Positions 1 to 8,933 of a stretch of DNA of 64,000 nt are shown here, one piece after another (position 1 is the first letter of the stretch; each line of letters begins with the position of its first letter). The notes beneath the pieces were generated by a model that ran no database searches, had not been told where the DNA came from, and worked only from the letters and a program-made list of their open reading frames with translations. The stretch is taken from the NCBI GenBank assembly GCA_049423385.1, contig JBMSQQ010000002.1:5601-69600 (forward strand), in the 5' to 3' direction. The stretch is from Silvanigrellaceae bacterium (GTDB lineage: Bacteria; Bdellovibrionota_B; Oligoflexia; Silvanigrellales; Silvanigrellaceae). Both the position numbers and the translations under genes were made by a program.

Positions 1-270
1 GCAGTTCGACGTCCCGGAAGTGATGGCTGATGTTTGAGGAGTAACTGAATTGTTCTTGGTTGGAGCCCGAATTAGCATGCCGAGTGTATTGTTTTTCGGA
101 CCTCGAAAAACCAGAGTTCCGATGCCACAGCCGGCCATTCCATAAATCGGGGCCGAATAGTTTTTGGCAGCTGGTGCAGATGCATTTTGCTTGCCCTTCT
201 TGGCTTGGGCGAAAGCAATTTGTGAGCTCAACATGGCAAGTGTAGACAGGGTCAAAATACCAAATCTCAT
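1..270 (-). CDS. Partial CDS (C-terminus lies off the window): small secreted protein, possibly DUF3015-like
   Basis: Not in the ORF track because it runs off the left edge. The minus-strand ATG at 270-268 gives MRFGILTLSTLAMLSSQIAFAQAKKGKQNASAPAAKNYSAPIYGMAGCGIGTLVFRGPKNNTLGMLIRAPTKNNSVTPQTSAITSGTSNC with no stop through position 1. It has a clear signal peptide (AFA-QA). The GMAGCGIG and TSGTSNC motifs recall DUF3015, from memory only. Confidence 0.45.
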   Translation of the reverse strand, partial: MRFGILTLSTLAMLSSQIAFAQAKKGKQNASAPAAKNYSAPIYGMAGCGIGTLVFRGPKNNTLGMLIRAPTKNNSVTPQTSAITSGTSNC

Positions 271-592
271 TACATGAAGCTTTCCTGGGTTTCCCTGCTT
301 GCATTGCCTCCATCCGGGACGCAATTTGAGGTACCAGATGTCATACCAGAGGTTGGTACTCCAGTTGCGTTTGTTGTCGCGGCTGAAAGCTATGAACCCT
401 TTGGTCCGATGACAATTGATACCATGCCACAACCTGCCATTCCGTACTTGCGCGAGGCACTTGCCATGTTCGGAGCCGAAACTGCAGCGACCCTACCCAC
501 GGCCCACAAGAGACTTCTCTTTTTCACAAAAACCTCCGTGTGTGTGGGTAACAAGCGTCGATTGTAGAACAGATATTGTGAATTGGAGAGAG

Positions 593-1414
593 TCAGCGGG
601 CGTTCTGTTCTTTTGTCGTTCTGTCCGCAGACTTCGCTTTTGTCTTTGATTTTGTGTTGAGCAGTTTGCTGCGTTCTGCAATCACTTGCAGCACAGAGCT
701 CTCCATGGGTCTGTATCCGAAGGCAATCCAATAAAACTTTCGCCTCGGGTTTTTTTCATCCGCGATTCTGTTGCTGGCCAAAAACGCTTTGATCTCATCT
801 TCGAGTGATTCAAGTTTTCTGCGGATCGTCATCGCGTGCTCTTCGGAAAGGTAACCGACGGCAAGCTTGAAGTGCTCGTCGGGATTCTCGAATTTGCTTT
901 TGAAGAATTCTTCAATTCCAACTTCACTGTATCGAGTCCAAAGAGCGCCGCCCGGACTGAAGCGTGCGTTGCAGCTCACCAGCGATCGCAATTCACTGTT
1001 TGAACGGAATGTAACGAGTTCCAGGTTTTCCATTTCACGCAATGCGCGGATCAGTCGTGCGGTGTCCCTTGGTTGAAGCCGCGCATCAATTTCGTCGAAC
1101 GTGTAGCCCCTTGCAACCATGAAAAAAACAACAAACAGAAACTCATCCTTGCTGAGTGCAAGCTCCTGGCGTGTCGAAAAGGTGTCGATTTGGGCAAAGG
1201 TCATTGCTTTCAAGTCCGAGAGCATGTCATCCAGGCTTGCACCGAGTGCCTTGCAAACGTCATCAAGAGCTTCGAGCGGCAATCGTTCTTCTGAGAAATA
1301 GCGTTTGACGGTCACTTCCGAGACTTTAAGCTTGCGTGCAAGTTGTTGGTAGGTCATGCCATTGCGCCGCATTCTCATGCGGATGGCTTCGAGGATTCTC
1401 TTTTTTTCGCTCAT
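593..1414 (-). CDS. XRE-family helix-turn-helix transcriptional regulator with an uncharacterised C-terminal domain
   Basis: ORF 593..1462. The N-terminus MSEKKRILEAIRMRMRRNGMTYQQLARKLKVSEVTVKRYFSEERLPLEAL is a typical HTH_XRE. I prefer the ATG at 1414 (MSEKK) over 1462. It is divergent from the FIST-kinase operon. Confidence 0.7.
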   Translation of the reverse strand: MSEKKRILEAIRMRMRRNGMTYQQLARKLKVSEVTVKRYFSEERLPLEALDDVCKALGASLDDMLSDLKAMTFAQIDTFSTRQELALSKDEFLFVVFFMVARGYTFDEIDARLQPRDTARLIRALREMENLELVTFRSNSELRSLVSCNARFSPGGALWTRYSEVGIEEFFKSKFENPDEHFKLAVGYLSEEHAMTIRRKLESLEDEIKAFLASNRIADEKNPRRKFYWIAFGYRPMESSVLQVIAERSKLLNTKSKTKAKSADRTTKEQNAR

Positions 1415-1702
1415 GACGTTGGTTTCCTGTTTTGTGCCCTGTTTCTCGGCATCCAGGTTCACCGACCTGAAGCAGTTGTGCGCAGTTTTTGCATTTTCCG
1501 ATGAACATGCATGTCTTTTTTAACGTTCGGGCAGTCTGAATGAAGGGAAATTTTTTCCTCCCAAATATTTGCAGACCGTTTAAATTTCGGCGACCGGCCG
1601 AAAATGTGTCTGTGCTGTTCCAGCATTTCGTTGGATTGTTTTGTGTGTTCACTTTTGATTGTCTTTGTTCTTAACCAAAACTCGTTGTCATTGGGGGTTT
1701 GT

Positions 1703-2839
1703 ATGAAGGTGGTTCAAGCGGTTGCGTCGGCGCCAGAAACAGTTGCCGAGTTTTGTTCAAAGAATCTTGGCACAAAGAAAAATGGCATTCTTTTGGCTTT
1801 TGGCTCGTCTGAATCTCTTTCCGGTCCACTCGCCGGCAAGCTGCTGGCAGCCGCCAACAGCAACAATGTGCTTTTTTGTTCAACATCGGGCCATTTTGCA
1901 GGCCAGCAGATTCAGGACGAAGGACTTTGCCTCTCATTTCTTGAATTCGAGAAGACCAACGTGAAAGTGGCTGCGATGGATATTTCCAACGCAACTGAAA
2001 GTGAGGTCGTCGGAGAAAAATTAGCGAATCTTCTCAAGGGCGGTGACCTGCGACAGGTTCTCGTGTTTTCGGATGGGCTCAAGGTGAATGGAACTGCCCT
2101 TGCAAATGGACTCACCAAGGTTCTCGAAAAATCCACCATCATCAGTGGTGGCTTGGCGGGTGATGGCAGCAATTTCAAGCGAACCCTTGTTGGCCTCAAC
2201 TCGTTGCCCAAAGAAGGCTGTGTTGCAGTGGTCGGATTCTATGGAAATAGCCTCGAAACCGCGGCTGCATCCATGGGCGGATGGGATGCCTTTGGACCGA
2301 AACGGGTGATCACCAAATCCGAGGCAAATGTGCTCTGGGAGTTGGACGGAAAGCCTGCTCTTGAAGTCTACAAGCAGTATTTGGGCAAACACGCAGCCGA
2401 GCTGCCCGCAAGCGCGTTGTTGTTTCCGTTGTCTGTTTCAATGGGCAGCACAAGCCACAAGGTTGTTCGCACCGTGTTGAGCATTGACGACAAGACAGGC
2501 GCCATGACATTCGCTGGAGATCTTCCGGTTGGGTCTGAAGTTCAGTTGATGAAGTCGAATATCGACAGTCTTGTGTCGGGAGCACAGGGTGCGGCCGAGA
2601 AATGTGAATTGAGCGGGCCTGCCGATTTTGCACTGCTTGTCAGTTGTGTTGGTCGTCGATTGGTGATGGGCCAAAGAACCGAAGAAGAGATCGAAATTGT
2701 TCAACAAGCAACAAAGTCACCTAAATGTGCTGTGACAGGCTTCTATTCCTATGGTGAATTGAGTCCGCAGGGAAAATTTGAACGCTGTGATTTGCATAAT
2801 CAAACGATGACCGTGACAATGTTCAGGGAGAGTCACTGA
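1703..2839 (+). CDS. FIST-domain sensory protein (FIST_N + FIST_C)
   Basis: ORF 1604..2839. The ATG at 1703 (MKVVQAV...) follows a GGGGG Shine-Dalgarno at 1694-1698. The length (~378 aa) and layout match FIST proteins, for example ...VLVFSDGLKVNG..., ...GFYSYGELSP.... It lies directly upstream of a histidine kinase, a common FIST context. Confidence 0.75.
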   Translation: MKVVQAVASAPETVAEFCSKNLGTKKNGILLAFGSSESLSGPLAGKLLAAANSNNVLFCSTSGHFAGQQIQDEGLCLSFLEFEKTNVKVAAMDISNATESEVVGEKLANLLKGGDLRQVLVFSDGLKVNGTALANGLTKVLEKSTIISGGLAGDGSNFKRTLVGLNSLPKEGCVAVVGFYGNSLETAAASMGGWDAFGPKRVITKSEANVLWELDGKPALEVYKQYLGKHAAELPASALLFPLSVSMGSTSHKVVRTVLSIDDKTGAMTFAGDLPVGSEVQLMKSNIDSLVSGAQGAAEKCELSGPADFALLVSCVGRRLVMGQRTEEEIEIVQQATKSPKCAVTGFYSYGELSPQGKFERCDLHNQTMTVTMFRESH

Positions 2840-2856
2840 TTCCGGAGTCCGAAGAA

Positions 2857-4587
2857 ATGCACAAACTGCTCGAGCGACAATTGAAAAAGAGTTTTGCTGC
2901 CGACCTGGATATCCGGATGGCCGACAAGGCCTTCAGCACATTTTGTCAATCGATCGAGCAGGCGTACATTGCTCATGAAGACGACAGGAATCTGTTGGAA
3001 CGTTCTTTGGAATTGAGCTCCGCTGAGCTGAATGAAAAAAACAACGACCTTCAGCTCGCGAGAGCCTCTGCTGAAACAGCAAACAAGGCGAAAAGCACTT
3101 TTCTGGCCAACATGAGCCACGAAATGCGAACGCCCCTCAATGCAATTATAGGTTATAGTGAACTCCTGCTTGAGGAACTCTCAGAGCTCGATCACAAGCA
3201 AATTGCGATAGAGCTGGACAAGATCAAAACCTCGGGCAGTCATCTGTTGAGTCTCATCAACAATGTTCTGGATTTGGCAAAAATCGAATCCGGGCACATG
3301 GACGTGAATTTGGAGTCCGTGTCTGTCTGTCGTTTGGTCAGTGAAGTCTGCACGATACTTCAAGCGCAGGCGACTCGAAACAAAAACGTTTTGTATTCCG
3401 AGTTTTTGACGGGCGTCGAAGCTATTCAGACAGATCGTTCCAAATTGAAACAAATTTTAATCAATCTCACCGGAAACGCCCTAAAGTTCACTCAGAATGG
3501 GCGAGTCACCCTCGAATTTTCGATGAGGGCCGATGGACGGCCTGTTCTCAGTGTTTCCGATACAGGAATCGGAATGACTCCAGAAAATCTCGCCAAGCTC
3601 TTCAAGCCGTTTGTCCAGGCAGACACGGAGACCCAAAAGAAATTTGGCGGCACTGGACTTGGTTTGGCTCTCAGCAAGAAATTTGCTGAGCTGATGGGAG
3701 CTTCGCTCGAAGTGACCAGTGTCGTTGGTCAAGGCAGCCGGTTCAATATTGTGTTCCCTGTTGTGAACGATTCGCAAGCAGGGGTGAACTCTGCACTTGT
3801 AAGTGAGCCGGTCGTGCATCGCTCGACAGAAGACAACGTCGGCAAGCGAATTCTCGTTGTCGATGATGATCCACAGGCGATCGACTTGATGCGTCGTTTT
3901 TTGGGTCGTCACGGTTTCGAATGCGTGAGTCTGAAAAATGGTTCGCAAGCGGTTGATGAAGCGAAGCGATTCAAGCCGGTTGCTATCCTGCTGGATGTTT
4001 ACATGCCGGGAATGGATGGTTGGACGACGTTTTCCAGGTTGAAAAACGATAAGGCAACAAAGGATATTCCGGTGATCTTCACGACCATGACAGACGAACG
4101 GACATTTGGTCTGTCATTGGGTGCACTGGATTATTTTACCAAGCCGGTCGATTGGAGCCGATTGGCTGAAGTGCTGGGTACGGTGGGAGGAGGCAACAGG
4201 ACCTCGGAATGCCTCCTTACCGAAGTTGAACCTGGAGCACGGGAAAAGCTTGCAAAAATGCTTGAAAGTCGTGGGTGGAAGACACGGACTGCGTTGACCA
4301 CAGATGCGTTTGTTGATGCGATTGCAGCGCAAAAATACGATTTGGTGATTTTGGATGGACTCAACAGGGAACTCGATGAGGCCAAGTGTTTTGAAGCATT
4401 GAGCGGCAACAGTCCCAACCAGAACACTCCCGTGATTTATTGCACCGACCATCCGACCAATTTTCCGACCAATGAAGTGCTCAAGAGCCGAACAAAGGTT
4501 GTGTTTGCTGAAAACAATTCCGACACAGCGCAAGTTGAAAAGTCGATTTTCAATTTGCTTTCTGGTGGAAAGGAATCCCAAAAATGA
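2857..4587 (+). CDS. Hybrid sensor histidine kinase (HisKA, HATPase_c, REC, degenerate REC-like domain)
   Basis: H-box FLANMSHEMRTPLNAIIGYSELL; N-box NLTGNALKFT; G-boxes DTGIGM and GTGLGLALSKK. The receiver is KRILVVDDDPQAIDL...AILLDVYMPGMDGW...FTKPVD. The C-terminal ~130 aa are receiver-like but lack the acidic pocket (LLTEVEPG...LVILDGL). Confidence 0.9.
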   Translation: MHKLLERQLKKSFAADLDIRMADKAFSTFCQSIEQAYIAHEDDRNLLERSLELSSAELNEKNNDLQLARASAETANKAKSTFLANMSHEMRTPLNAIIGYSELLLEELSELDHKQIAIELDKIKTSGSHLLSLINNVLDLAKIESGHMDVNLESVSVCRLVSEVCTILQAQATRNKNVLYSEFLTGVEAIQTDRSKLKQILINLTGNALKFTQNGRVTLEFSMRADGRPVLSVSDTGIGMTPENLAKLFKPFVQADTETQKKFGGTGLGLALSKKFAELMGASLEVTSVVGQGSRFNIVFPVVNDSQAGVNSALVSEPVVHRSTEDNVGKRILVVDDDPQAIDLMRRFLGRHGFECVSLKNGSQAVDEAKRFKPVAILLDVYMPGMDGWTTFSRLKNDKATKDIPVIFTTMTDERTFGLSLGALDYFTKPVDWSRLAEVLGTVGGGNRTSECLLTEVEPGAREKLAKMLESRGWKTRTALTTDAFVDAIAAQKYDLVILDGLNRELDEAKCFEALSGNSPNQNTPVIYCTDHPTNFPTNEVLKSRTKVVFAENNSDTAQVEKSIFNLLSGGKESQK

Positions 4588-4958
4588 CCAAGATATTGCT
4601 TGTGGAAGACAATCCAATGAACCGTGACATGCTGAGCCGCAGGCTCGTTCGTCGCGGATTCGAGGTGGTTTGCTCCGAAGACGGTGAGAGCGTGGCAGGA
4701 ATACTGGCATCCGAAAGTCCTGCTCTGATTTTGATGTATATTTCACTTCCATGAATCGATGGATTGGATACAACCCGAAGAGTCAGGGCGGATTCAAAGT
4801 TCAAAAATATTCCGATCATTGCACTCACCGCGCACGCCTTTCAGTCTGATGAAATCGAGGCACGAGCTGCCGGTTGCGATGATTTTGAAACCAAACCAAT
4901 TGAACTCGACCGATTGCTGGAAAAAATGGGAGAATTGTTGAAAAAGAATGCTTCATGA
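4584..4958 (+). pseudogene. Single-domain CheY-like receiver interrupted by an in-frame TGA (4752-4754), with Tyr in place of the phospho-acceptor Asp
   Basis: The ATG at 4584 overlaps the kinase stop (ATGA). Translation: MTKILLVEDNPMNRDMLSRRLVRRGFEVVCSEDGESVAGILASESPALILMYISLP-TGA-IDGLDTTRRVRADSKFKNIPIIALTAHAFQSDEIEARAAGCDDFETKPIELDRLLEK... The 5' half (56 codons) is below the ORF-track cutoff. The 3' half is listed as ORF 4764..4958 in the same frame. Confidence 0.7.
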
Positions 4959-6459
4959 ACGCGCAGTAGAATCCAAATTGGGTGCAGAAAAGAGCAGGTC
5001 GATCCTCCGTCATGATTTGAGGACGAATTTCAACGTCATCATTGGTTATTGTGAGATGTGTATCGAAGAGATCGCAGAGATTGATGCCAATGACAATCGA
5101 TTGCCGGTATTTGAAAGTCTATTGTCTGAGATTCGAATCCTTCTCCGTGAAACCGAATACGCACTTGAGTCCGTGACCCTTGAATCCGACGAATTGTTTC
5201 GTGACGAAATCTCGAGATGGTTGAAGAAGGCTCTTGTGCCTTCCATCCAGAAAATTGTTTTCAAGAAGGAACAGCAGTTGTCTTCTGAGGCTGGATATTC
5301 CAATCTGGGAAATCTGGACGATGCATTCAAGAAGCTGACCCAGAGATGCCTCAATCCATTTGCTGATTCGAGGCTCTTGTCTCGTCCTGAAGTGGTTTCT
5401 TTCCGCAGCGGCGAGAACGCAGATTCGATAGGTCACGTCCTGGTGATTGATGATCAAGCCGACAATCTCGTGCTTATCAAGCATCGCTTGGAAAAGTTGG
5501 GTCTGAGTGTTGAGGCGATGACGTCTGCCGTGAGTGCATTGGTGATACTTTCAGACAAGGAGTTTGATGCGATTCTTGTGGATTTGGATATGCCCGAGAT
5601 GAGTGGTCTCGACTTTTTGAAGGAGTTGAAAAGTCGAAATCTTCTTGCGGATATTCCAACTTTGATTGTCACCGCTTCGGATGAGTTGGATCTGATTTCA
5701 GAATGCATCACTCTCGGCGCGGTTGATTTTCTTCCCAAACCTTTTGACAATTCCATTTTGATGGCCCGAATCGGTGCGACGATCGAAAGAAAGAAAAGCA
5801 GGGACCGTGAAAAGCAGATGAGTCGTGAGTTGCATCTTGAAAAATCGCTCGTGGACGATCTCTTGGCGATGCTTTTGCCGATCGAAACCTTGAACGAACT
5901 CAAACAGACAGGACGAGTCAAGCCACGGCGATTTTCGAACGTCTCTGTCATGTTTTGCGACGTGGTTGATTTTACAACCTATTGCGAATCACATGATCCC
6001 GAAATTGTGCTTGAAAATCTTCACTCCATTTTTTCTGAATTCGACGCGATTGTCGAAATGCATGGCGTCCAGAAGATAAAAACCATTGGTGATTGTTACA
6101 TGGCCGCTTGTGGCATGAATGGATCTCGCGAGGAGTCGTTTCACAAAGCACTTGCAAGTGCGTTTGCGATGATTGAGGCGACACGCAATCATCGCTCGGG
6201 CTGGAAAGTCCGGATTGGGATCCATGTGGGAGACGTGATTGGCGGTATTGCGGGTACGAGAAATTATCTTTTTGATCTTTGGGGTGACGTGGTAAACACC
6301 GCCGCCAGGCTGCAATCTGTTGGGGCTCCAATGACGGTGACCGTTATCAACGACAATCAGCTTCCCCTGCCGAAATGGGTTCAATCTGAAGAATTGGGCA
6401 AGGTGGATCTCAAAGGAAAGGGCGTCTACAGCGTAGCCACCCTCCAGATGAACAAATGA
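4948..6459 (+). CDS. HisKA-like (H-box only, no ATPase) + REC + class III adenylate cyclase
   Basis: N-terminal SILRHDLRTNFNVIIGYCEMCIEE is an H-box/DHp-like helix. The receiver is HVLVIDDQADNL...AILVDLDMPEMSGLDF...LPKPFD. The cyclase domain has VMFCDVVDFT, KIKTIGDCYMAACG, RIGIHVGDVIGG and DLWGDVVNTAARLQS. Confidence 0.85.
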   Translation: MLHERAVESKLGAEKSRSILRHDLRTNFNVIIGYCEMCIEEIAEIDANDNRLPVFESLLSEIRILLRETEYALESVTLESDELFRDEISRWLKKALVPSIQKIVFKKEQQLSSEAGYSNLGNLDDAFKKLTQRCLNPFADSRLLSRPEVVSFRSGENADSIGHVLVIDDQADNLVLIKHRLEKLGLSVEAMTSAVSALVILSDKEFDAILVDLDMPEMSGLDFLKELKSRNLLADIPTLIVTASDELDLISECITLGAVDFLPKPFDNSILMARIGATIERKKSRDREKQMSRELHLEKSLVDDLLAMLLPIETLNELKQTGRVKPRRFSNVSVMFCDVVDFTTYCESHDPEIVLENLHSIFSEFDAIVEMHGVQKIKTIGDCYMAACGMNGSREESFHKALASAFAMIEATRNHRSGWKVRIGIHVGDVIGGIAGTRNYLFDLWGDVVNTAARLQSVGAPMTVTVINDNQLPLPKWVQSEELGKVDLKGKGVYSVATLQMNK

Positions 6460-6489
6460 AGTATCGCGGGTGAATGGCCAGGAATGCCT

Positions 6490-7104
6490 TCACTCACAGG
6501 CCACCGGAACGACGGTTGTCGACATGTTGTTTGAATTTTTCTTTTCAAGTCGGATGAAGCCGACCTTTGATTCGCAGGCAATCTCGAAGCGGAATTTGTT
6601 CATGTTTTTCACCTGCATGTCAATGCAGTAAGTTGATTTTGGGTTGAGCAGCTTCAGGTCGCTGTTGTTGACGTTTTTGAGTGAGATGCGCAGCAATATG
6701 AGACTTGGTTCGCTTGTGACCGGGTCTTCGTGAAGAGTGCTGTTGTTCTTGTTTTTTCCGTCGACGTCGACAACTTTGTAACTTTGGAAATTGCCGCCCG
6801 GATTCAACTTTTCAAGGCAGGCTCCCATGATTGCGTCATCCAGCTTGTCGGCGTCGGTTTTTCCATCCGCACTCACACCCTCTTTCGCTGGAACAGTTGA
6901 ACTTGTTGGAGGTACAGCCGCGGCGTCTCCGGAAGCTGCGGTGACGTCATTCGAGAGGTCGGTTGATGCGTTGAAATCGCCATTCCCTGTTCCACTCAGC
7001 CGGGTTGCACGCAACGAGCCACCATTCGATGAATATTCGCTGGTGGAGCACGATGCCAGCAGTACGGTTGCAAGCAGACTGGTTGTTACAAGTGAGAGTT
7101 TCAT
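6490..7104 (-). CDS. Lipoprotein of unknown function
   Basis: ORF 6490..7125. The ATG at 7104 follows GGAGGA. MKLSLVTTSLLATVLLASC has a lipobox (LLASC). No recognisable catalytic motifs. Confidence 0.6.
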   Translation of the reverse strand: MKLSLVTTSLLATVLLASCSTSEYSSNGGSLRATRLSGTGNGDFNASTDLSNDVTAASGDAAAVPPTSSTVPAKEGVSADGKTDADKLDDAIMGACLEKLNPGGNFQSYKVVDVDGKNKNNSTLHEDPVTSEPSLILLRISLKNVNNSDLKLLNPKSTYCIDMQVKNMNKFRFEIACESKVGFIRLEKKNSNNMSTTVVPVACE

Positions 7105-7315
7105 TTTAATGTCCTCCGCTTCCACGATATTTATCGGATATTAATTTTAAACTTTTAAAATATTTTTTCGAATCGTTTAAAATATGTGTAATATCTGATC
7201 GTTAAATTTAAATTGAAAAACAATCATTTTCAGGAACCGTAATTTTTTTAAGTGCGTCAAGGTTCGAATTTGTTTTCCGATACACCCTCAGCGCGGGCAC
7301 GTTGAAGGAGTCATC

Positions 7316-8431
7316 ATGAAAACTCGAAACCTTGTTCTGGTCGTTATGGGATTGACGGCGCTTGGAGTGGCCTGCAAGCCACGCGCTTTCAATGGTCTGG
7401 ATTTGAGTCCGTCCGAGTCTCCAATTCAGTCCCTGAATACCAATCCTCAGGACGTATTTTCGAAGAACCGTTTTCATCTGATCACTCCCACAGGTGCGAA
7501 AATATTCGCCGCAATCAAGACCTGGGAAAGTGGTCAGCTCAAACCCGATGCCGCGGGATTCTACGCCCAGCCTGCGATGTGCGCGTCCAATGCCTCAAGG
7601 GTATTGGAAATGGCTGGAGTCACCGGATACAGCTCTCCACTGCTTGTGGATATGGTCAATGCAGTGAAAAAGCGCGGTGGTCTTGTTCTTCAATTGCCCA
7701 AAGACCCTGTTGCCATCGCTGAGAAGATCAAAAGTGTTTTTGGTGGACGTTTGCCTGTGGGTTCATTTGTAAGCGGATGTCTTCGGCCGGATTGTTCAGG
7801 ACAAGCAGGTGATGGACATATTGCACTCGTCGGCGACATCGATGATTCGGGATATATAAAGATTTACCACAACAACTGGTATCGACCCGACAATGTACCT
7901 GACAAGCGCTGGCGGGAGTTCATGATTCCAATGGAATGGTACAACAAAGGCTATCGACGGATGTGGATGCCAACTCCGTGGGTTTACCTCAAGCGCGACA
8001 AACTTGGTTTTCCGAACAACATCATGGTGCGCATTCCGGAGATCGATGACCTCGACCCGACGAATTATTATGTCACGATTTCCATTCCTTCGGAAATCAT
8101 GAAAGAGGTCTCAGCCAACAAGGGGGTCGTGACCGACGGAAAAGGCGAAGTGAAGGCGTTCGCGGCAACGCCCAATGTCACAAAGAACGATTCGCCCGAT
8201 CTTGCGAAGTGCGACACTCTGACGATTTTGGACAGAAATGATCCCAATGGTGTGAACTTGCGGGGAACTCCCGTGGGTCAGGCGCTTTGCATGTTGCCGA
8301 ATGGGACCAAGGTTGAAAGGTTGGGTGTCGAGGGGCAATGGATTCGCGTCCGTGCCGAATGCCAAGGCATACGTCAGGAAGGGTACGTTTTTTCGTTTTT
8401 GACCCAGCCGGCGTGCCAGATGGAGAGATGA
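7316..8431 (+). CDS. Lipoprotein with a putative papain-like (CHAP/NlpC-type) amidase region and a C-terminal bacterial SH3 domain
   Basis: MKTRNLVLVVMGLTALGVAC lipobox. Candidate Cys/His pair: PAMCASNASRVLEMAG ... GQAGDGHIALVGDID ... YHNNWY. The C-terminus VNLRGTPVGQALCMLPNGTKVERLGVEGQWIRVRAE...GYVF is SH3_3-like. The enzymatic call is tentative. Confidence 0.5.
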   Translation: MKTRNLVLVVMGLTALGVACKPRAFNGLDLSPSESPIQSLNTNPQDVFSKNRFHLITPTGAKIFAAIKTWESGQLKPDAAGFYAQPAMCASNASRVLEMAGVTGYSSPLLVDMVNAVKKRGGLVLQLPKDPVAIAEKIKSVFGGRLPVGSFVSGCLRPDCSGQAGDGHIALVGDIDDSGYIKIYHNNWYRPDNVPDKRWREFMIPMEWYNKGYRRMWMPTPWVYLKRDKLGFPNNIMVRIPEIDDLDPTNYYVTISIPSEIMKEVSANKGVVTDGKGEVKAFAATPNVTKNDSPDLAKCDTLTILDRNDPNGVNLRGTPVGQALCMLPNGTKVERLGVEGQWIRVRAECQGIRQEGYVFSFLTQPACQMER

Positions 8432-8659
8432 GGCGCAGACCGCACTGTGGGCCGTTTTGTAATTGGCCAATGATTATTTCTTAAGGCTTTGTTTTTGTTT
8501 GATTAAAATATATCAGTCTCCGGATGCTCAGTGTTGTTCCCAAAAATGTGGACGCTGAGCTTGAAAGCTTTCATGCAGATTGCTATCAGCCCTGTTCTCG
8601 CTGATGAGCCTGGCCACGCTGCCGGGACGATGAAATGCGACTGAAGGGGGGTGAATGAT

Positions 8660-8857
8660 ATGCCAGTTGTCAAACTGAAAGAAGGCGAAGCCTTTGAAAG
8701 CGCAATGCGCCGCTTCAAGAAGCAGTGTGAAAAGGCAGGCATCCTCTCTGAAGTTCGCAAGCGCGAGCACTATGAGAAACCTTCCGTGAAGATCAAGCGC
8801 AAGCGCATGGCCGCTCGCAAGCGTGCACTCAAGAAGCTGAAAAAGCTCGGTTCTTGA
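8660..8857 (+). CDS. rpsU: 30S ribosomal protein S21
   Basis: [56 protein letters not shown] is a textbook S21. A GGGGGG Shine-Dalgarno lies upstream. The ATG at 8660 is preferred over the GTG at 8651. Confidence 0.95.
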   Translation: MPVVKLKEGEAFESAMRRFKKQCEKAGILSEVRKREHYEKPSVKIKRKRMAARKRALKKLKKLGS

Positions 8858-8890
8858 TCGCAATGACAAAAGGCAGTGTTGCCTGGAACG

Positions 8891-8916
8891 GGAGGACCTT
8901 GCGTCCTCCTTTTTCT
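8891..8916 (+). terminator. Intrinsic terminator/attenuator hairpin between rpsU and dnaG
   Basis: GGAGGAC (8891-8897), CTTGC loop, GTCCTCC (8903-8909), then TTTTT. The position matches the known internal attenuator of the rpsU-dnaG-rpoD operon in E. coli. Confidence 0.6.
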
Positions 8917-8933
8917 TTCTCTACCAAATCAGC

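Noticed and set aside
60-567. ORFs 60..245 (+) and 274..567 (+) from the track
   Set aside because: 60..245 is antisense to a signal-peptide protein whose frame is open across the whole 1-270 stretch. 274..567 has no Shine-Dalgarno sequence, no motifs, and lies in what is more simply the promoter/terminator spacer between two minus-strand genes.
4752-4754. TGA recoded as Gly or Trp (alternative genetic code) or as selenocysteine
   Set aside because: TGA is used as the terminator of many well-delimited genes here (FIST gene, hybrid kinase, glnN, nuoF and others), and no other conserved gene shows in-frame TGAs. A Gly position in a receiver is not a Sec site, and I see no SECIS-like hairpin immediately downstream. 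The adjacent Asp-to-Tyr change favours decay or error.
7255-7275. GGTTCGAAT, a tRNA T-loop-like string in the AT-rich intergenic region. The same string occurs inside rpoD near 12405.
   Set aside because: No acceptor stem, D-arm or anticodon arm can be folded around either occurrence. One copy lies inside a conserved coding region.
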